A stretch of DNA of 64,000 nucleotides. Origin: Macrostomum hystrix (lineage: Eukaryota > Animalia > Platyhelminthes). The notes under the pieces were generated by a model that was not told the DNA's origin, made no database searches, and saw only the letters and a program-made list of their open reading frames with translations. Below, piece by piece: positions 10,965 to 23,341 of this stretch (the first letter of the stretch is position 1; each line of letters begins with the position of its first letter). The position numbers and the translations under genes were made by a program. Where the stretch lies: positions 1,674,001 to 1,738,000 of the forward strand of contig CATNEN010000005.1 of NCBI GenBank assembly GCA_950097015.1, given 5' to 3'.

Positions 10965-12374
10965 CTAACCCGATCCACGCTGACTCTGGTGCTTGTTGCT
11001 GTCGTGGCAGCCGGTTGGTCCCAGGTTGATGTATTGACTGGCGTCAGGGTCGGCGCGACTAGCAGTAGCTAACTGCTGCTGCTGTTGCTGTGGTGGCAGC
11101 CGGTAAGCGTCTTCGTCAGTGCTGGCCGAAGCGTTTCCAGTCAGCGGTGGAGGCAATCGATAATCGTCTTCAACGAATTCGGGGTGATCAGACGCAACAG
11201 GCGGCAATCGATACTCATCTTCACCAGTTTTATATAAACTTTGGCCCGTAACATGCGGTGGCGGCAATCGATAATCGTCCTCGTCTGTACTAGGAGGCAT
11301 GCGATAATCATATTCGTTGCTAGGGTTACCGCCTCCTCTAGCAACCGTTGGAGGCATGCGATAATCGTCTTCAGGTGCCTGGGCAGTTGGTCGTCTGATC
11401 GAAGAATTTAACGGGAATCGACCGGTTGAGGCGTGGAGCGATCGGTAAAATAGAATTACAGATTTCTCATAGACATGCTTTATTAAATAACTCGTGATTC
11501 TGGTCTTGAAACCCGCTGTAAATCCCTTGATTGTAGCTCAGAAATCTCGCAGTAAATCCATTGATTAAAGCTCAGAAATCCCGCTGTTAATCCATTAATT
11601 ACATCTCAGAAATCCCGCTGTAAATCCATTGATTAAAGCTCAGAAATGCCGCTGTAAATCCATTGATTAAAGCTCACAAATCCCACTGAAAATCCTTTGA
11701 TTATAGCTTAGAAATCCCACTGAAAATTCTTTGATTATAGCTTAGAAATCCCACTGAAAATCCCTTAATTTACAGTTATTTATCAAAGAGTAAAGACCAC
11801 ATTCTAGGCTATAAATAATCTAGGCTAAATCGCGAGCCTAGTCCCACATTTCTTACCTGATAGTGCCATCGATGCTATCGCCTGGAATGTAGCGACCAGA
11901 CGGTGAAAGCATGTTTTGGGAGAGCGGCTGAAATTGCTGCACTTGTAGAAATGACGCACCAGATAGAGGAGGAAATTGTCCTCTATAAGAGGGATCGATA
12001 GTGCTATCATTTATCCCGGACAGATCGTCTTCGCCAAGTCCGCACGCGTTGCTCAGATGGCTGACCCAGCGCTCCATGGTATTGCCCTCTGGCAGGAAAT
12101 AGTAGGTGCGCATCTGCCTGCGGTGGACAGTCTCCAGCAGGAAGAATGCCGTCTGATCCCGTCTGAAGAATGCTGGGGCGCGGAAAAGCCTAGGCTGCAG
12201 CTTGTTCAGCAGATATATTGGCGGAATTACGTAAGTGATGTTATTGGCTTGCTCCAAATCCACCCGGCCCTTGCGCTTAGTCTGCAGTGCGTCTTCATAA
12301 TAGGTCAGTAGGTAGTTGCTAGAGCGGTCTTTAGTTCTGATGCAGCTTAGTACGAAATAGCGACGCCGCCAGCG
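10965..12374 (-). CDS. Gab/DOS-like PH-domain adaptor, copy 1 (lacks the native first exon)
   Basis: Exon 12374-11857 (RWRRRYFVL...YYEDALQTKRKGRVDLEQA...MERWVSHL) and exon 11394-10965 with six Y-R-[LM]-P-P motifs plus YINL. The acceptor and exon 1 seen in copy 2 are replaced by unrelated sequence. Confidence 0.75.
11508..11770. repeat. 34-bp intronic minisatellite (shorter inverted copy at about 50345-50470)
   Basis: Unit about CAGAAATCCCGCTGTAAATCCATTGATTAAAGCT. Confidence 0.85.
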
Positions 12375-12704
12375 ATTGTCGCTATTACTGCTCGTCGACC
12401 TTATTACTTCTGTAATGTTGGTTTACTAAAATATTACATTCTGTAACATAATGTATGATTACATTATAATTGCTATAAGCTAAAGCTGATGTCTTGCTAA
12501 TTGGGAGTCCGCTTTTAGGGTTTGTTTGGCTCATAAAAATTGATAGTTAAAATACAAACTGAATATGTCAGTTTCCAGGTGCCGGGTTGAATCACTCATA
12601 ACGACCAATGGGTTTGCATTTTGCGTTTTTTTCAAATGTCCGGTACCCTGAGCCAATCGGAGAGCCTGACAAGTATGAACTTTCCGCGAGGCACGCGTTG
12701 CCCC

Positions 12705-14962
12705 TCAGAGACCTGCGAGAATGCCAGATAACAACTCGTAGTTGCACAGCGCGTAGTTAAGTTGCGGGTTTACCTTCCGCTTGGCAGCCAGGGCCTCCCT
12801 CGCCGGCTGCGTTTGATGCCTTCGCTTCTGCCTTTTGGTCAGCCGAGGCGGCGGCGGCGGTGTCGGCGGCGGCGGCGGAGGTGTCGGCGGATGCGGCGGC
12901 GGCGGTGTCGGCGGCGGCGGTGGCGGGGGTGTCGGTGGATGTGGCGGCGGCACCAATGGTTGGGGCGGCGGCTGTGTCGGCGGCGGCGGCGGCGGGGGTG
13001 TCGGCGGATGCGGCGGCGGCGGAGGTGTCGGCGGATGCGGCGGCGGCGGTGTCGGCGGCGGCGGTGGCGGGGGTGTCGGCGGATGCGGCGGCGGCACCAA
13101 TAGTTGGGGCGGCGGCTGTGTCGGCGGCGGCGGCGGCGGGGGTGTCGGCGGATGCGGCGGCGGCGGTGGCCCCGCGGTAGCCTCTGCTGCTGCTGCTGCT
13201 GGTGCTGTTGCTGCTGCTGTTGCTGCTGCTGCTGGTGCGGCTGCTCCGGCGCCGGCGGCCGCGACTGCATTCACCAGTGCTTGCGCTAAAAAATATGAAT
13301 GGGCTAATGTTCATAAATTTAGAATGTCATAGTACGAGAGCGATGAGACACGGGAGAGATAAGACACGAGAGCGATGAGACACGGGAGAGATTAGACACG
13401 AGAGCGATGAGACACAGGAGAGATTAGACACGGGAGAGATGAGACTCGGGAGAGATGAGACGCAGGAGAGATTAGACACGGGAGAGATGAGACACGGGAG
13501 AGATTAGACACAGGATAGATTAGACACGGGAGAGATGAGACACGGGAGACATGAGACACGGGATAGATTAGACACAGGAGAGATTAGACACGGGAGAGAT
13601 GAGACACAGGAGAGATTAGACACGGGAGAGATTAGACACGAGAGAGATGAAACAGGACACTGTAGATGTCAGAAGGGGCAACGGGCCGGATTTGGGAGCT
13701 TCGAGGGCCGCATCTGGCCCGCGGGCCGGAGTTTGCCGACCCCTGAATTAAATTATATTAATATTCAAATTAAAATAAGCGAAAGTTCGAATGTCAAATT
13801 TGTGTGCGTACGTCTACTGTACATCTGATACCAAAACTACACAGTTTCAAGACGAGAATGTGAAGACTAATTATTCGTTTATTCTACTTAATCATTGAGC
13901 TACATTTTTTTACTTTATTTCGAGATTTAGTCTGTTTAGCTTTTGTTTTATTAGAGAGGTTAAAATGAACTTAAACTGCAGTTTAGGGTGCGTTCGAGTA
14001 GCTTAAAATGACTTAAACTAAACTTAAACTTAAATTTAAGCTCTCAGCATTTAAGCTCTCAGCATTTAAGCTCTCAGCATTTAAGCTCTCAGCATTTAAG
14101 CTCTCAGCATTTAAGCTCTCAGAATTTAAGCTCTCAGCATTTAAGCTCTCAGCATTTAAGCTCTCGGCATTTAAGCTCTCAGCATTTAAGCTCTCAGCAT
14201 TTAAGCTCTCAGCATTTAAGCTCTCAGCATTTAAGCTCTCAGCATTTAAGCTCTCAGAATTTAAGCTCTCAGCATTTAAGCTCTCAGCACACTTACCAAC
14301 TGGTGGGTCTTCAATTAAGCGGCGCAGAACCATACGCAGCTGCACTTCATCTAGGCGGTCAACGACGGTTGCCGCCTGAAGCCGCTGCGCCTCGACTGGC
14401 TGCTGCTGCGCCTCCAGCTCGACCGGCTGCTGCTGCTGCGGGGCGACCGACGCCTGCAGAATGGCCGGCAGAGTGCGCAGGTCGCTCCCCTTAATTTGGA
14501 CGCCGTGGGTCCATAGTGCCCACCGGGCATCCACGCGCCAGTACATCCTCTGGATTAAAATGGAATGGGTGGGATACAGCTCTCAGGTCAGCAAGAGAGC
14601 GAGAGCGAGAGCGACAGAGAGCGAGAGAGCGAGAGCGACAGAGAGCGAGAGAGCGAGAGCGAGAGAGCGAGAGCGAAAGCGAGAGCGAAAGTGAGAGCGA
14701 AAGCGAGAGCGAAAGCGAGAGCGAAAGCGAGAGCGAAAGCGAGAGCGAAAGCGAGAGCGAGAGAGCAAGAGCGTGCGAGCGAGAGTGAGAGAGCGAGAGA
14801 GCGAGAGCAAGTGGCAGGGAAGGAAAATAATAACATAGGATAAGTACTTACGGCGTTACCGCCAGAATACTGGTAAGTCTGCGGGGCGTGCCTTCTCGCC
14901 GGACCCGCCCCCAGAACGCATTGGCACAATCTATCCCGCAAATGTGCAGGTTTGACTTGCAT
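12705..14962 (-). CDS. Orphan 3-exon gene, about 314 aa, Gln/Ala/Pro-rich C-terminal half with basic NLS-like patch
   Basis: Exons 14962-14852 (phase 0, GTAAGT donor), 14549-14297 (phase 1, GTAAGT donor) and 13285-12705 (TTTTTTAG acceptor) join in one frame: 945 nt ending in TGA. The true start may lie further 5'. Confidence 0.55.
13335..13650. repeat. 18-bp purine-rich minisatellite (copy at about 47090-47405)
   Basis: Unit GAGACACGGGAGAGAT(TA/GA). Confidence 0.9.
14035..14290. repeat. 15-bp minisatellite in intron 2 of the orphan gene
   Basis: (AAGCTCTCAGCATTT)n, about 17 copies. Confidence 0.95.
14595..14812. repeat. GAGAGC/GAAAGC compound microsatellite
   Basis: Direct inspection. Confidence 0.9.
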
Positions 14963-15288
14963 ATTTACCCAGATGGCAAACTTGCCAACTGGGCAAACAA
15001 AATGTCCACCGACAGGTGGACGGCTCAATTATTTGAGCTCCCATGCCTTCAGGGCCCCACTGCAATAGCTCCTCCACCTTCATCTTATATAATGGCTCTG
15101 CAAATATAATGGCTCTGCAAATATAATGGCTCTGCAAATATAATATTCCTTATAGCATGGCGCTTGTAAATAAAACAGCATGGCGTTGTTAATCAGAAAC
15201 AGCATGGCACTGTTCATTAGAAACAGCACGGATATATATATTAAATTTATTATATATAAATGAAATCACAGTTTCTAGGATACATAGG

Positions 15289-15576
15289 CTAGGCTAAAGT
15301 AATATGGGCATTAAAGTGGGCATTAAAGTATCCAATTAAATAGATTGGGCTAGATGGATTTGTTAACCTAATAGGCAATAGCCTGAATTTACAAAGCCAC
15401 AACTTTGTAATGTTGACAAGATAAGAGTCATCAACAGGTCTATAGACAAAACATAAAAATAGAGGGACAGGTTTTAAGTTAGAATTTATCAAGACAAAAT
15501 TTGCCAATTGACAACTGACAAGCAAATAGAATAGGGAGTTCTTAATATAAACGGAAATGCCTATTTTGTTGCCCAT
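15289..15576 (-). pseudogene. Degenerate LINE AP-endonuclease fragment
   Basis: GISVYIK, FVYRP and LIGYFNAH motifs. Confidence 0.6.
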
Positions 15577-16405
15577 GAATTATGCCCCCAAAAGCAGCCT
15601 GGCCGATTGCAGATTGTGTAGAAATCATTGTCTCTTTCCTTCTAGCTAACAGGTAGGGCTCCAAGAGGCCAAGAAGTAGCATGAAAGGAAAATCTTAATG
15701 TGAATGACCATAAAAGAGGTTTCCTTTACACCGATACAATCTTGTCACAGGAAAACACATCTTTTAATGGTTGTTTTTATAATATCCCATGACCCAGTTA
15801 CAAATTTTACAAATGAAAAAGCAACGTCTTTTAGCTCCAAATCCGTAAAAAATGATTTTAACTATGCTAGGAGTCTAAAGTTTATAGGTTAGTAGCATTC
15901 TATTCAAAGGTAGTCAATGGTAGTTTTTGGTGCAGATAGACGTCTAAGATTTTATACATATTTTCTATAAAAATATATCCATTTAAAATATGTTCAATAA
16001 AAACCAATTATTAGGATAATTGTTTACATAACAAAAATAATATATTAGGTTCCACTAGTGAAATCTCAAAGCCATTTCTTATAGTTCAAGGTGCGAGTGG
16101 GAGTGATAAGATGGGAGTGGAGGTGTAGTGTCTCACACTACTAGCACTTGGATTTGAATCTGAATTCTTACACAGTGACCTCAAACAGCTGCACGACACG
16201 CGCCGAAAACGTGCAGCGTTTCAAATATCAATGCTATCTGCATTGAGCTAAGTATAACCATACATTATAACAAAAAAACAAAACGTATAAATATAGCAAC
16301 AAAAATATACTAAAATCTTGCAAATACTTAATTATTTTAAAGCGTTTAAAAATATATTAAAAGGAAACTATTTTCAAAGCTATAAAAATACTTCAACAAG
16401 ACGAA

Positions 16406-17095
16406 ATGTAGGAAGCATTGACTTTATGGAAAGTCAAGGACATTGACTGATAACAAGTCAAACTCATGAAATTCTAAAAATAGCCACAACTTTCTGTCCT
16501 GACCATCTAGAGGTGCCGGACTGGCGCCTCTAGACTCAGGGCGTCAACCTCTAGTCGAGAAATATCATTTCCAACATTGCCCGCCAATGACTGAAATTTC
16601 GATTTGGTCAATTTTCGAATAAGTATTGCTCTTTGACAAGTTAGGTAGCCGCTCAGAGCCCAAGTTGGCACCCAAAAGACAATCTCGGGGGACTCAACCG
16701 GAATCTATAGAGCATCGCCAGGCCTTTCGAACGACACCAAAATCAGTTCCCGGGGACCTCGGGAACTGTCTCGAATCAGCCCGAGAAGGATGTAGGAAGC
16801 ATTGACTTTAAGGAAAGTCAAGGACATTGACTGATAACAAGTCAAACTCATAAAATTCTAAAAAGAGCCACAACTTTCTGTCCCGACCATCTAGAGGTGC
16901 CGGACTGGCGCCTCTAGACTCAGGGCGTCAACCTCTAGTCGAGAAATGTCATTTCCAACATTGCCCGCCAATGACTGAAATTTCGATTTGGTCAATTTTT
17001 GAATAAGTAGTATTGCTCTTTGACAAGTTAGGTAGCCGCTCAGAGCTCAAGTTGGCACCCAATAGACAATCTCGGGGGACTCAACCGGAATCTAT
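16406..17095. repeat. 384-bp tandem duplication (second copy partial), plus a third short fragment at about 17097-17140
   Basis: ATGTAGGAAGCATTGACTTT starts at 16406 and at 16790. Confidence 0.85.
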
Positions 17096-18257
17096 AATAG
17101 CCACAACTTTCTGTCCCGACCATCTAGAGGTGCCGGCTTGGACTTTAAAATTGCAGGAAGTCAAAGTTCTACTTTTCGAGTCTAAGAAATCCAGGGCTTG
17201 GACTTTGAATTGCAAGAAGTCAATATGAGACAAATTCTACAGTAGATATATGAGACGAAATATTTGTAACTCTTTTTGAGATATACAGCTACCACAACTA
17301 AACTGAAATTTTTACAGTTTTGATTAGTTGTAAGTTGCGGGAGCACCTGGCTTTACTTACAGACACTGTAGGGTGTCTGCCAGCGTGTCTGACACTGCTC
17401 TATAGGGTTTTTATAGCTTTGGAGGCCTTTGCACGATTGTTGCCTTCCTAGGCTTACAACTTTTATTAGGTTTACAACGTAATTTACAAAGTAATGCGGA
17501 AAATAAGAAAGACAAAAAGCATCATGAAACATTTCAAGTGGAAAATGGCAAGACAGTTTTATCAAAAACGAAAACAGAAAAAACAGTGACACGAACGTGA
17601 GCATGTGTATATTTTCTTTCCCTCCTCCTTTTTCATCCGGGCTGGGGACCGGCAATGGCGGAGTTAAAAGAGTTGACTAAACGCAAGAATCACGAATTTG
17701 GTGGCCCTGAAAAGGGCCGTTTTTTCGTTAAGGGGTCACTCATTCATAGGTCGGTGACCAAAACCTTCCGCACACCACGACTGCATAAGTGCAGTGGCAG
17801 TGGTCCGCTTCTGCAAGCCGCCAGACTGGCCAGCGTGGCTAGGCTTGGCACTTTGCCAGTTGCGGCACGTTTGGCAGCCAAACGAACGGACCAACGATAT
17901 TTTGCAGAAGCGGTCCGCACAGTGCAGCTTTGCCAGTCTAAACCAGGCTTAGGCGGCGAAGACGGCTTAGAACACGAAGGAACTGGCCCCTCGCACCATG
18001 AATTTTGCCCCCAAAAGCAGCCTGGCCGATTGCAGATTGCGTAGAAATCATTGTCTCTTGGACAATGTTTCCTACGGCACGTATTGGCCAGCAACTTTTG
18101 GCAGCAGCTTAAATGGTGCAAGGGGCACCACTCATCTTCTGCCACCTCAGTGGTGACCTCTGCCACCTCTGCCATCGCAGACTGGCGCGACAATAGACAG
18201 CCCTGGAATCATTTTGTGAACAGAAATGATTTATCCAACAAAAAATAAAAAACTAGC

Positions 18258-19735
18258 CAACATCTAGCCAACTCCCCAACTAGCCACCCAACTGCCCACC
18301 TAGCCACCCAACTGCCCTTTTAGCCACCCAACTCCCCACCTAGCCAACACCCCACCTAGCCAACACCCTACCTAGCCAACTCCCCAACTAGCCACCCAAC
18401 TGCCCACCTAGCCACCCAACTGCCCTTTTAGCCACCCAACTCCCCACCTAGCCAACACCCCACCTAGCCAACTCCCCACCTAGCCACCCAACTGCCCACC
18501 TAGCCAGCCAACTCCCTACCTAGCCACCCAACTGCCCTTTTAGCCACCCAACTGCCCACCTAGCCACCCAACTGCCCTTTTAGCCACCCAACTGCCCACC
18601 TAGCCACCCAACTGCCCTTTTAGCCACCCAACTGCCCACCTAGCCACCCAACTGCCCTTTTAGCCACCCAACTCCCCACCTAGCCAACACCCCACCTAGC
18701 CAACACCCTACCTAGCCAACTCCCCAACTAGCCACCCAACTGCCCACCTAGCCACCCAACTGCCCTTTTAGCCACCCAACTCCCCACCTAGCCAACACCC
18801 CACCTAGCCAACTCCCCACCTAGCCACCCAACTGCCCACCTAGCCAGCCAACTCCCTACCTAGCCACCCAACTGCCCACCTAGCCACCCAACTGCCCACC
18901 CAGCCACCCAACTCCCCACCTAGCCAACACCCCACCTAGCCACCTAACTCCCCACCTAGCCAACACCCCACCTAGCCAACTCCCCACCTAGCCACCCAAC
19001 TGCCCACCTAGCCAGCCAACTCCCCACCTAGCCACCCAACTCCCCACCTAGCCAACACCCCACCTAGCCAACTCCCCACCTAGCCACCCAACTGCCCACC
19101 CAGCCACCCAACTCCCCACCTAGCCAACACCCCACCTAGCCACCTAACTCCCCACCTAGCCAACACCCCACCTAGCCAACTCCCCACCTAGCCACCCAAC
19201 TGCCCACCTAGCCACCCAACACCCCACCTAGCCAGCCAACTCCCCACCTAGCCACCCAACTGCCCACCTAGCCACCCAACACCCCACCTAGCCAGCCAAC
19301 TCCCCACCTAGCCAGCCAACTCCCCACCTAGCCACCCAACACCCCACCTAGCCAGCCAACTCCCCACCTAGCCAGCCAACTCCCCACCTAGCCAGCCAAC
19401 TCCCCACCTAGCCAGCCAACTCCCCACATAGCCACCCAACTCCCCACCTAGCCAGCCAACTCCCCACCTAGCCAGCCAACTCCCCACCTAGCCAGCCAAC
19501 TCCCCACCTAGCCACCCAACACCCCACCTAGCCAGCCAACTCCCCACCTAGCCAGCCAACTCCCCACCTAGCCAGCCAACTCCCCACTTAGCCAGCCAAC
19601 TCCCCACCTAGCCACCCAACACCCCACCTAGCCAGCCAACTCCCCACCTAGCCACCCAACTCCCCACCTAGCCAACACCCCACCTAGCCACCTAACTCCC
19701 CACCTAGCCAACACCCCACCTAGCCAACACCCCAG
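18258..19735. repeat. 16/20-bp C-rich satellite, about 1.5 kb, same family as 4797-5207
   Basis: Units CCAACTCCCCACCTAG, CCACCCAACTGCCCACCTAG and CCAGCCAACTCCCCACCTAG. Confidence 0.95.
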
Positions 19736-19816
19736 CTATACCAAAGCCCACGGCCGAGACCACAAATATCTCAAGAGATTAGTAAGTGCCCTGACTCTGT
19801 TCCACAATATTAACTA

Positions 19817-19874
19817 CAAGGACTACTTAAGTATCGTTTATAGATTAAACGATAGTTTAATTAAGTAGTCCTTG
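19817..19874. mobile_element. 58-bp micro-MITE, P-superfamily-like
   Basis: 14-bp TIR CAAGGACTACTTAA (19817-19830 / 19861-19874). 8-bp TSD ATTAACTA (19809-19816, 19875-19882). TIR is 13/14 identical to that of the 3738-4310 MITE. Confidence 0.8.
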
Positions 19875-20050
19875 ATTAACTATTAAAGGAAGAAAGGAAC
19901 AAGACGTATAAAAATTATAAAATCTCTAAAAAGAAAATAAAAAGGAGAGAAAGAGAGGATTAAAATAAAAAGAATTTTAAATGTCGTGATTTACGCGCCC
20001 GAGGATAACGAGGTTAGAATGAGTCGTGATTTAAGGAATTGAGTTGCCAG

Positions 20051-20128
20051 CCAATAGAAATTTAGCGCCCCGGAAGTAACCCAGAAGTCACCCGCAGCCA
20101 ATGAGATCCCTTCCCCCAGCCTATATAA
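20051..20128 (+). promoter_or_regulatory. Compact Pol II promoter: CCAAT, CCGGAAGT (ETS-like), CCAAT, TATA
   Basis: CCAAT 20051, CCGGAAGT 20070, CCAAT 20098, TATATAA 20122; ATG follows at 20219. Confidence 0.55.
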
Positions 20129-20218
20129 GATTCTCCTACGGCGAAGTGTGAAATTAATTACGCAAGCAATCTCCTAGCCCTCCAACCTGAATCCTTAAAA
20201 CCATCTAAACTACCAACC

Positions 20219-20794
20219 ATGCCCTCCCATAACGAAAGCGAAAAGGAGAATTTTGAAGACGACATCCTTTATCAGCTCCTAAGCGAAGTTGACATTGAAT
20301 TCCCGGAGGAATCTTCAGCTACCTCGAAACCTACCCAACCAGCAAAGCGAGTTGCCTCTCCAACTAAATCATCAGCTGAGCCCGCCTTGAAGAAAGCCGC
20401 CCCTGAAGAGACCACAAGAAACCGGATACTAAGGACTCAATCTGCGATATCAGTCACAGTACCAGAATCCGTAATCCAGCGTCACCCTCCCGGAGCAAGA
20501 TCTAGTGTGGAATTGCCGACCGCACCACTGCCCCGACCTATCGCTCCTCGGTCCTCAAAGCAGCCGCAATTTCAGTCTCGACAGCAGTCACCCGACATTG
20601 CTAGACAGCCCACGCGCCCTCAACTCCCTGCCAAACCTAGAAAACATTACCCAGCCGCCGCGACTTCGTCCCCGGTAAAGACTCCACGCTCTGCAACAAC
20701 ACCCTCAGCAAGCCAGCCGTCAAGCAAGCCCCATCCACCTGTGAGAGACATCCTCCAGGACTTGAGGAAGTTCTACCGGCCGAAACCCATCTCA
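20219..20794 (+). pseudogene. Intronless Pro/Ser/Thr-rich ORF interrupted by the Helitron array; resumes at 45902
   Basis: 192 open codons end in ...KPIS at A20794, immediately before the Helitron TC. Rejoining to T45902 gives TCA TGT TTT TTC TAA. Confidence 0.55.
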
Positions 20795-22059
20795 TCCAAC
20801 TATACTAAATCTCTAAAGTTCCAACTATACTAAATCTCTAAAGTCTGTCTGTCTGTCTGTCTGTGGAATTTCGATACACAGGCTAAATGCCTCAACCAAA
20901 TTTGATCGCGTTTTTTGCTAAACATGCCAAATTTTACTGGCATGAGACCTTGAAAATTTCGTTAGTCTGCTTCAATGCTAACAATATTAAATATTCGAAA
21001 AACGAGTTTTCCTATTGCTTTCAATAGGAGGCCAAACAAGGTTAAATTAGAATAGGTCCGGGCACTGTAAGTTTTATTAGATTGCATCGGTGCTTTTTCT
21101 CGCCCGCGCGTGCATTGGTATAGCACTGAACAGGGCCCGATACTCTCAATTGAATAGGGTTGCGTCAATGCTTTTCGACCCGTACGTGCGTTTATAAATT
21201 TGTCTCTTGGCTGATTGAGTGATTTCAGACGTACGAGTACATAGCAGATTTCATGATTGGGCTTTTATGATGCTCAATGCTAGCGAGACCTCTCCTCCTC
21301 CTTTCTATCCATAAAACTGCAGCCTTTCTATTGTCAAACCTTGTCTCGACTTCGATTTTGCAGAATGCAGATCCAAATTCAGCATCAGCTTTGTTACTGC
21401 TTCTTTTTCTTCAAATCTTCTATCATCAACAGTTAAAAACGTAAGTTACTGTTTATTAGTATTTTTATTGGCAATTTTTTTGGTTCGAGTATAAATAATA
21501 AGCGCTTTTGGTTAGGTACTGTCGAAGCAGATGTTTTTTAGCTTTATTATTACTGTACTCGCTCTCAGAAAAGAATATAAGTATTTTCGAGTGAAGCAGC
21601 AAGTTTTATTCAATACTAAAACTAAGGAAAGAGTTTTTGAGCATAGCTGCAGGCGTTATCAGATTCAGAACTGCAACAAAAAATATTTTATTTATGTATG
21701 TATCTTTGTTTGTATGTTTGCAATCAAACTATCTTCCGAACGGCTCGACCGATTTTCAAAATTCCTTCACCAAAATATGTCAAATGGTCCCGAATCAGTA
21801 CACGTATTTTTATTAAGCTTAATTCCATTGCCAAGGGGATTAACTGGTTTACATAGGCTTTTCCAATGGATTCATTTATTCAACTTGTGCACAGTGAGGC
21901 TCCAGTGCCAATTTGAATGATTGCATCAGAGCCAGTTTTGTTAGGTGAGCGTACTGATAAGAAATTTCTCACCCAAATGTGCATAGCTGTGTCAACCCCA
22001 CTGGCGAGATAATTACTATGATTACTTATAATTCACTTTTGCCTAGCAAAACAATAGTC

Positions 22060-22265
22060 TGAATCATGGCTAACCCAGCGTTTGAATCATGGCTAAACCA
22101 GAGCTTAAATCATGGCTAAACCAGAGTTTGAATCATGGCTAAACCAGAGTCTGAATCATTGCTAAACGAGAGTTTCAATCATGGCTAAACCAGAGTTTGA
22201 AATTGAATTATGGCTAACCCAGCGTTAGAATCATGGCTAACCCAGAGTTTGAATCATGGCAAAAC
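22060..22265. repeat. Short array of the 23-bp Helitron-internal satellite
   Basis: GAATCATGGCTAAACCAGAGTTT units. Confidence 0.85.
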
Positions 22266-23341
22266 CAGCGGTTTTAAACCAGACAATTTATGAAAATTTC
22301 GATAATCTGCTTCAATGCTAACAGTATTAAATATTCGAAAAACCTGCTTTTCTGTCGAGTTAAAGAAAGGTCACCTCGCCAGCTGTTTTGTTGGCAGTCT
22401 GAATTGCAAATTCATGAACATTACATCACCACACTGCTAGCTAGCCGGCCCCACTGTCCCAATGCTTTGCAAGGGCGAGGGCGTGTACTCTGGTAGCTGA
22501 TTTGACTGCTGCCCTGTCTTCTCCAATGCATCAGTACAAACCAGAGTAGGTGGCCGTGATTGCGTCAGCAGTCCTTCGCCCCTGTTCAATGCAGCCAATC
22601 AACCCAATGCTATAGCAGAGTGTACACTACAGAAAGCAGGCCGTCGTGCATGCAAAGTATTATAACCCTAGGGACCCAAAATGGACAAATAATGCATTTT
22701 CAGAATCTAATGACAAAATAGTGCATTCTTGGTGCATTATATGTACGTGCATTTTTAATGCATTTTTAGTAAAAGTTCTATCTACACTATTTAACAAAAT
22801 AAGCATGAATTTAGTTCAAGATTGGCTTTATTGCGCATCTGTGTATTTATAAATTATACTTCCGTTGCTAACTTTGAAGAACAAATAATAAAACGTGGTG
22901 CGATAAAAATGCATTATTTTCTGTAACAATTATCAAATTACAAATGCATTTTTTATATCCAGCCGTAGCGAATTAGACCATCACAAATTGAAATTAAAAT
23001 GGCGGTCTAATTGCGTGCTGGATTATTTTGTTGCTCGAAGCGAAATTCGTAATTAAATTTCTATTTCAGGTTCTTATCTAGCAAACAAACTTACATTCGT
23101 ACGCAAAAATTGGGTCGCTTTTGTTATTTCTCTATAACATAGCTTGTTCAATCGATTTTGATTGTCGAAATAAAAGCTTTGTTTTCTTCACTATTTTATG
23201 ACATCCTCTCAACAATTTAATTGCATTAATCAATCTGGTGTGACAATTATTCCAATTTCTAATTATTCCAATTCAGTTAATATATTATTATTATAGGTTT
23301 GAATTTATTGACTTCAGACACTAAGAGTTGGTGGATCTTGA

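Noticed and set aside
10399-11857. Direct Gab-DUSP fusion protein by splicing Gab exon 2 to the DUSP exon
   Set aside because: The Gab donor is phase 2 and the DUSP acceptor is phase 1; Gab exon 3 ends in a stop.
12757-13332. Gly-rich, Arg/His-rich and Ala-rich alternative ORFs (also 46511-47086)
   Set aside because: Frame shadows of a GGC-rich repeat; only the Pro-rich minus frame has a phase-compatible acceptor.
19817-19874. Parvovirus-like terminal hairpin upstream of a promoter
   Set aside because: It has an exact 8-bp TSD and shares its TIR with the 3738-4310 MITE, so it is a transposon derivative.
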